Origin: the human T2T-CHM13v2.0 reference genome, Homo sapiens
Length of the DNA: 64,000 nt
Direction: 5' to 3' (one strand)
Assembly: GCF_009914755.1 (NCBI RefSeq)
Contig: NC_060926.1
Shown here: piece after piece, positions 46,269 through 64,000 of the stretch
How positions within the stretch are numbered: position 1 is the stretch's first letter
Layout of the letters: every line of letters starts with the position of its first letter
Notes under the pieces: generated by a model
What the model saw: the letters and a program-made list of their open reading frames with translations, nothing else
Told to the model about the DNA's origin: nothing
The model's database searches: none
Made by a program: the position numbers and the translations under genes

Positions 46269-47020
46269 GAACTCCTGAAGAATATTTTCATAATAAAAAG
46301 ATTTCTCAAAAGTTTTTTAAAAAATGGTAATTTAAGCAAGCTTTTACAAGGTTATACATTTGGGGAAGTACAATATAAATATAATATCAAATTGGTTTGC
46401 ACGATGAAGTTGAATTGACAGCTTTGCATGATTAAAACCTAAATATTTGCACCAAAGCACTTTATTATTCAAGGTAAAAATTTATAACTGAAACAATTAT
46501 TTATATAGTCCTATGGAGAAACAACTGCCTTGTCTCCTATATTTAAGTTTTTTTCCTCTAAAATAATTATAAATAAATGTAAGAAAGTAGTCCTTCCCAT
46601 TAGTAACAAACCACCAGTAATGCATGAAAATATGATACCTTTGATTGCCATTTGACTTTCATAATTTTAAATAACAAAAATTATTATTATTATTATAGTC
46701 TTCTCCTTATGAGATACACTCTGAAAATGATCCATTGTACCCCAAGGTATTTTCACTGGTTGAATGTCTCTAGTAAATTTCATTGTAGGTGTTCTAACAA
46801 TGATGTCAGAATGTCTTTGGACAAAGAGTGATCCCTAAGAAAGTGACCTTGTTGACAGGTTGAGACACTGGGCTTGTGCAGGGCCAGGACTGGGCTGATG
46901 TAGATGGCTGTTCCTAAATCAGAGAGCTGAGAGGATAGTTCCAACTCCTTGCCCTGCATCAGGCAAGTTGTGCACCAGAGAAGAGAAGCACTGAAGTCAA
47001 ACAAAGCCTTAGGGCTACTC

Positions 47021-47052
<32 letters not shown>

Positions 47053-47061
47053 TCCTGAAGA
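46111..47061. repeat. Local direct duplication (46111-46281 and 46915-47061), each copy with a (CA)n tract
   Basis: About 110 nt of unique sequence with 3 mismatches, then the CA tract and actcctgaaga. Confidence 0.95.
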
Positions 47062-47769
47062 TGCACCTTCAGGGCCAATGGCATGGAACATGGGTAGAAG
47101 GAATCAAGAATAAGAAGTAGAACAATAGCAGCTCCCCCTATTTATGAGGGTCTTAGTACCAGTGCCATGCTGAGGCATTTCACCCAGCTGGAGTAGCACA
47201 AGTGCTTTCTGCCAAAGTGCAGATAGACTGGCCCTATGTCTCGGTCATCTACCCATACAGCTTGCCCTGACCTAAGCAGTTTCCTGCAGCATAGGGTTCT
47301 CAGTAATTAAACTGACACAGCCCTAGACAGAATAGAATGGCTGGTCACCCTATGACTACGCTGCATGCCAAAAGAGAGAAAAGGGTTGAATAGCTACTCC
47401 CTAATGATTGGAAGCTATCACTGGGAGTGGGCTGAAGTGCTCTTAGACATCCTAGTATCAAAGAGACTTTCAGACACATCCTACCTAATCTTTACGCTGT
47501 GTAAATGAAACATAAGAAGGGCAAATTTTGGCAGAAGGGATAATAGAAGAAAGGGGAAAAATATTACTGAATTTTTAAGTTAAATTTTTAAATGACTTTT
47601 GTTGAATAGCTACTATGTGTCAGACACTTACTATTATACTGTGTCCTAGGCACTACCAGACTATTGCTTTCATATGTCTTAGCATTGGCCCATGCTATTA
47701 TTTCTCCCACCTTAAAATAAAATAACATTTAAAAACCACTCTGTTGACCCTACCTCCCCAACCCCAGTT

Positions 47770-51659
<3,890 letters not shown>

Positions 51660-52654
51660 GTGTAAGGAAGACTTGTGATCAAAAAGAGAAACGTACATCA
51701 GTAAAAAGGAAAATAAAGTGGACCCTGCAAGCTTTCTGAATCTATAAATAGGTACACAATAAACCCCATGCAGAGAAATGGAAACAGACTCTGAATGAGC
51801 CATGTGTGAAAGTGTATAAGCTTGATGGCTCAACTGCTGCCAGCCCTAGAATTCAAAGGTGGGCCATCCATAGTCATTAGCAGCTTTCAACTGTGGGCAT
51901 GTCTGTTTTAGCTGACCTTAACCTCAATGAATTACAGGAGGAATGCTCTCTAGTGTATCAAGAAAACTTTGTTATTACTGTCATATTTCTTCTTCTCTTC
52001 TACTAAAGCCATCCCTTTGTTTGGCAAGTCCTGCCAGCTTCCTGTGGGTACATTTTCCCCCCAACCCTGTAACCCACACTCTTCCCTAATGCATATTCCT
52101 ATGTGATGTCCAAAACCCACACAAGAGTAGTTGTTTGCACAATATTATTGTGTGTTTCAATAAAACCTCAAAATTCATATGGTCAAGCAGGAAATATAAT
52201 CACACACAAAGAAAAGGCTAAGAATAGTTCATGTGATTGGTCAAAATCTAGCTCTGGGCTTATGAAAATCAAGGCAAAAAGGGAAATAGTTTCCAGGGAC
52301 TTTTGAACAAATAGGAACTCTAGGTCACTAAGGGAGATAAGGCTTTTTGATCCATTTTGTCCTGTTTCACTTTCTGGTTGTTGTTTTGGCATAGAACACT
52401 CAGAGGAGTCTCACATGCACACATTAGAGACTTTGGCCAACTTCGTAGGCATGTGAACTGGTGAACACAACCCACTTCCATTTTTTCTGGCCACCTATGG
52501 GCTTAGGATTAACATGAGGATAAAGGGAGTCAGAGTCGGATCCCAGGAGAAATCAGGCACCCCTTTATGGCAGTGGACTCACCCTGCCATGCATTAGAAT
52601 CATCAGAGATGGGGCCTGGACATAGATGCTTTTCTGAAGCTCGCCAGATGAGTT

Positions 52655-58589
<5,935 letters not shown>

Positions 58590-60061
58590 ATGAGTTGGTT
58601 TTAACAAGAAGCCAGAGTTGAGAAAGTGGTATCAGCAATAATGCTTCCTGACTCTTTCCTTCTGGGAAAGAGAGGACACAACATCTGTGGTCACAGAAGA
58701 GGAAGAAAAATCAGAGAGGAGCCTGTTCCTTAGGTCCTTTCACCTCAACTTAGAATAGAAGATGTGGAGACGCAGCCTTACACTTCAGCTAACAAGGATT
58801 CCGCTTAGTAGATCCAGGGAAAAAAGCCACTAGTGAGGACCATAAATCCATCACAAATATAAGAGGAAATCCACATAGAGATGTTGTTTTGAAATGGAAC
58901 TACTGGTTTCAGTACAAAATAAAATACTATGTTGCTACCAGTTAGCCTTATAAAACTATAAACCACAACAAAGATTTTTTTTAAACAAATGTTTAGCCAT
59001 TTCCTCATTCAAGTGCACATTTTACACTGGCATCCTGCCCACCTATCTACCAGTGTGACCACTGGGTTATTCCTCTGAACAAAGGCCAAGGCACGAATGC
59101 CGGAGCTATAGGAGCAACATGTGAACAGGCTACTTAGGTAGACTCCTAGTGATAAAACGCTCCAAAAATGAAAGCAAAGTGTTTACATCTGGGTCACAGG
59201 TTTGGCTCTCCTTTGGCATATTAGGCTAAAAACTCAGGGAAGCAGGTTTGGTTTCTAGAGAGAATAGGCAGAGATGAAGAGAGAGATGGTGGTGGCACTA
59301 GGCAGAAGGGCCCAAGGAGAGGAAATGGAAATCTGGAGAATGAAGATGGTGAGGACTTGGAAAGATGTGCATGGCCAAAAGAGGCAGCTGAGGACAATGA
59401 GAATCAGGAAGACCCAGGAAAGAGTCAAACCAATAAGCAAGCAAAAGAAGTCTGGAGGCAACATTTGGCCAGAACAAGCAAATAAAGCACTGCTGAACAG
59501 CCATCAGGAAAACATCTTGGTGAGGAGTTGCAACGGAGGAGCGACGGGAGGTTGAGGGGAGCAACAGGGGAGTCCTATTAAGAGTTGGTGCCTTCTATAC
59601 CCATATTCCTCTATGCATCCAGCTGTGGAAAAGGCAGAAAATAAATAGTCACAACTCAAAAGAAGGAAGTCTAGAGGAAATGAGCAGAACAAGATCTGGG
59701 ATTCCAGCTTCCCAAATTGAGAAAGGAAACCCCTGCTCTAAAGCCAATGCTGGAGTAAGAGAAGAATCCTCAGACCACGTAGAAAAGGCGGGGGAGGAGG
59801 TAGATGAGCACTGAAGAATGAGGTCAAGGATCCTAAGCAGGACCCAAGATTAATAAAATGAACAATAGACCCACCTCACAGATAACGGTTTCACTCATTC
59901 TGCCTCTTTTGCAGCTCAGTCATCTGTCCAAAGGGAGTATCTCACACAGTGCCACTGACAAGAACAAGGGATTTGGGAGGAGAAGGAGAAACACACAAAA
60001 CAGCTGTAGTACATAGATAAGAGGGAGAAACAAGGTTAAAAAGGAAAAGGAATCATCTGAC

Positions 60062-61010
60062 TTTTTAAGTTTTATTTTGTTTATAATTGACAATAATTGT
60101 ACATATTTATGGGGTACAGTGTGACATCTCAATATATGAATAATTATCTAATGATCAAATAAGAGTAGTTAGGATATCCATCACCTCAAACACTTGTCAT
60201 TTATTTGTGGTGAGAACATTCAAAATCCTCTCTTCTAGACATTTTGAAATACACAATACGTTATTGTCAACTATAATCACCCTACTCTGCAACAGAACAC
60301 CAGAACTTATTCCTCCTATTTAACTTCAACCTTGTTCTCGTTGACAAATCTCTCCCCAAGCTCCCCTACCTCACCTTCTTACCAGTTTCTGGTAACCACT
60401 ATCACACTCTCTATTTCTATGAGATGAACTGTTTTAGATTCCACATATGAGTGAGATCATGCAGTATTTGTCCTTCTGTGCTTGACTTATTTCACTTCAC
60501 GTAACATCCTCTAGTTAATCCATGATGTCACATGTGACAAGATTTTATTCTTTTTATGGCTCCATAATATTCCGTTGTGTATATATAACACATTTTTAAA
60601 TCTATTCATCCATTAAAGGACACTTACGTCGCTTCTATCTCTTGGCTATTGTGAATAGTGCTGCAATAAACATGGGACTGCAGATATCTCTTTAACATAC
60701 TGATTTCATTTCCTTTGGCTACATACCCAGCAGTGGGATTGCTGGGTCATATGGTAGTTCTATTTTTAATTTTTTGAAGAACCCCCATATTGTTGTTTAT
60801 AATGGCTGCACTAATTTACATTCCCGCTAAAGGTGTGGAGAAAGGGAAACTCCCCTGGCTTTTGGTAGCACTGTGATGCCCATCCCCACCCCAGTCTCCT
60901 CGCCTCCTGCCCCTCCCCCATGCTGGAATTTCCCCAATCTGCCTGAGCATGGGCTCCCCTTTCTCCACATCCCCGCCAGCATTTGTTATTTTTTGACTTT
61001 TTGGTAATGC
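60062..61010 (-). mobile_element. L1MA-like 3' fragment containing a foreign insert at 60831-60953
   Basis: ttgtacatatttatggggtacagtgtgaca...ttagattccacatatgagtgagatcatgcagtatttgtc. Confidence 0.85.
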
Positions 61011-61404
61011 AGAGAAATTGAAAGGGTGAAATGAAAACAAAAAGAAAATGGCATTCACACAGTCAACCTTTATTTGTCTACTGCAGTAAAACTTGATGAA
61101 CCTGCTTTATAGAGTAGAAGACGGCTGGGTTCTAGTATGGACTCTCCAGCATTGGCTATGTACCCTTCAGCTGGTGCCTTACCATCTCCAGTCCTAGTTT
61201 TCTCATCTCTGTGCAATATCTGGTGGCCTGAATGTAAGCAGGGGTCCTTCCCAATGCTACCACCCTGTGGGTCTACAGAACCACAAATACTTACTTCAAA
61301 CACTTACCACCCCTCTTCTACTGTACCAATGAGTTCACTCTATTCTCATTCTCTAATTTGCCCACATTTAACCAAGGATAGAGACAATAAGTCATTCATG
61401 CAGT

Positions 61405-61600
61405 GAGGATTATAGTTAGTAATGTTGTATTGTATACTATGAATTTGCTAAGAGAACAGATTTTAGGTACTCTTTCCAAAATAATTTTTTTAACCTATGT
61501 GAGATGATTGATGATGTTAATTTGTTTGACTGTAGTAACCACTTCACTGTGTGTATCAAAATATTATGTTGTATACCTTAAATACATGTGATAAAAAAGA
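61405..61600 (+). mobile_element. L1MA-like extreme 3' end
   Basis: tatagttagtaatgttgtattgtatact...ttgctaagaga...gttgtataccttaaatacat. Confidence 0.7.
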
Positions 61601-62299
61601 GAGAAGGGGAAAAAGTCACTCATGCAGGGAGATTCATGCAGTTAGAGATTCTGTACAAATTTCACTTGAAATTCCTTAATCAAAATTTAGGATACAACAC
61701 AAGGTTATCTAATTTGGAATAGAATGAGGCAAAGAATTATCTCCATGGAAGCTAAAGCCTTTTTAGTTTTTACCCTCATCTTTCTAAGAAAGGAACTATG
61801 GGAGAAGCTGAAGGCATCTGTGGCAGCATAAGCAGGAGAAAGAGAAGTTCACTATTTATCATTTCAGATATTGTGTCTTCAACACATGACCTTCTCATAA
61901 ACTCTGGTGTGACACAGCATTTTCCAGATGCGCCTGGTTGGTTTCTAATTCCCACCCATTTGCCTCCCTCCAGACAGACTGAATCTGACTCTCAGGGCAG
62001 CAGCCTGGGCATGCACCTAAGCACCTGAGAGGATTCCCATGCTCAGGCAGACTGGGAAAACACAGCATGGGGAAGGGGCATGAGATGAGGAGACTAAGGA
62101 TGGGCATCACAGTGCGGCCAAGAGCCTGAGGATGCTGGCAGGTTACCTTGTCTCTCCACCTAGGTTTCTCATCCACAAATGAGCTCCTTGGCCATGCTTT
62201 CTGCCCAAAGGCTGAAACTCTAAGAAAGCAGGGACTGTGTCTGCCTTTTCACTGCATTATCGTCCTCTGCATTTGGCAAGTTTTCAGCAAGCACCTGTC

Positions 62300-62346
62300 G
62301 GATGGATGGATGGATGGATGGATGCAGGGATGGATGCAGGGATGCA
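62300..62346. repeat. (GGAT)n simple repeat
   Basis: Seen directly. Confidence 0.85.
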
Positions 62347-63279
62347 TGATGAATTCATGGGAGAGTTAGTGAGACAGCACATCAGATGTCTGTATACATA
62401 AGAATTGAGACATCTCATGGATGAGCATAATCTGGTCACTGTGCCTCTGGCAGAGGAGCAGCAGAGCCATCCGTAGAAGGTGTGGTGTCTGACATTCAGA
62501 AGTGTGTCCCACTAAACCCCAGCTTGACTCAACCAAGAGCCCTGTGGAAGCCCTGTGGAAGCCCCGCTCTCATCACGGGGTAGGTAGAAGCCAAAGCCAG
62601 GAAAATGCAAGTCACTCAAGTAGTCCCATTAGAACACAGAAACAAGTGAGACTTGTCATCATTTAGACTGGTACACTTAGGACCTGGCTATATCTTGATT
62701 CAAGAAAAAATCATGATGACATGAGAAGAAAGAACTATCATGAATAACACAAGATATGTTAGCAAATATTATTATCTTAGGATCTTTGCTTGAGTCAAAA
62801 TATATAGGAACTCTTAGAATCAGCACAGTTTCTGGCACTTTCCACCCATGGTACACCCAGAAAGAGCCAGAGAAAACAACTCACCTTCTACTTCTCCTCA
62901 GAGAGAAAGAGAGCAAAATCCAGGGCAAATAATTGTCCTGTTTTCCAGATAGGCTCAGCAGACAGTTCCACAGACAGGAATACAAAAGGACAAAAAGCCA
63001 GGGGGGTCTTGTGGGTCTGTGGCCGGGCTGAGGCTCTCAGAAGCAGCAGGGCATGGTGCTGAACCGGCCTTCCAGGCTCCAGGGCGGTTGTCTTTACCCA
63101 CTAGATGGCATCTTTGGCTAGATTATCCGCCTCGTAGTCCTTCTATATCATCTGGGAGAAGTAGGTTGGTGATTTACCTTATCACTGGGTTGTTGGAGGC
63201 ATTAAATAAGTTAATGTGTATAAAGTGCCTGGCACGTAATATGGGCTTAATTGGTATAGTTATTTAGGTATTGCCAGAT

Positions 63280-63857
<578 letters not shown>

Positions 63858-64000
63858 TGAGAGACATTCTCACATGCTGGAAACATTGTAGGTTTAAAGC
63901 TGACATTCCTTGGTTTGAAATAAAGCTGCCATTAAAAGGCTATTTTGTATTTGGAAAATTACTTAACCATTATTTTAAATAACACTGCTTAATACATAGG

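Noticed and set aside
59274-59555. 93-aa purine-rich ORF outside obvious young repeats
   Set aside because: No recognisable domain or splice context; likely chance or an ancient LTR remnant

Overview
Primate (most likely human) genomic DNA from the cytosolic sulfotransferase SULT1C cluster; there are no prokaryotic features. The window holds one complete + strand gene, SULT1C2. It has a non-coding exon 1 and 7 coding exons (6537-21364) with GT-AG junctions, which I assembled by hand into 891 nt / 296 aa. Downstream lie decayed SULT1C paralog pieces in permuted order: an orphan exon 7+8 pair (30624-31510), then exons 2-5 of a second pseudogene (35167-45258) with no exon 6-8 found in the window. 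The rest is repeat-rich: many Alus, a complete THE1 MaLR element, solo LTRs, L2/MIR, a 5'-truncated L1PA with a 712-aa open ORF2 remnant, and a near-full-length antisense L1. I found no convincingly new biological system. The most interesting signals are: (1) an antisense-Alu exon that is in frame only when coupled to an internal exon-4 acceptor, swapping out the catalytic His; (2) the permuted pseudogene architecture, including a possible dead alternative 3' cassette; (3) several short-range templated insertion/foldback scars (25738, 46111/46915, 48477, 60851), one a 38-bp-arm hairpin containing a palindromic ETS site. Repeat subfamily and pseudogene names are from memory and need RepeatMasker/BLAST confirmation.
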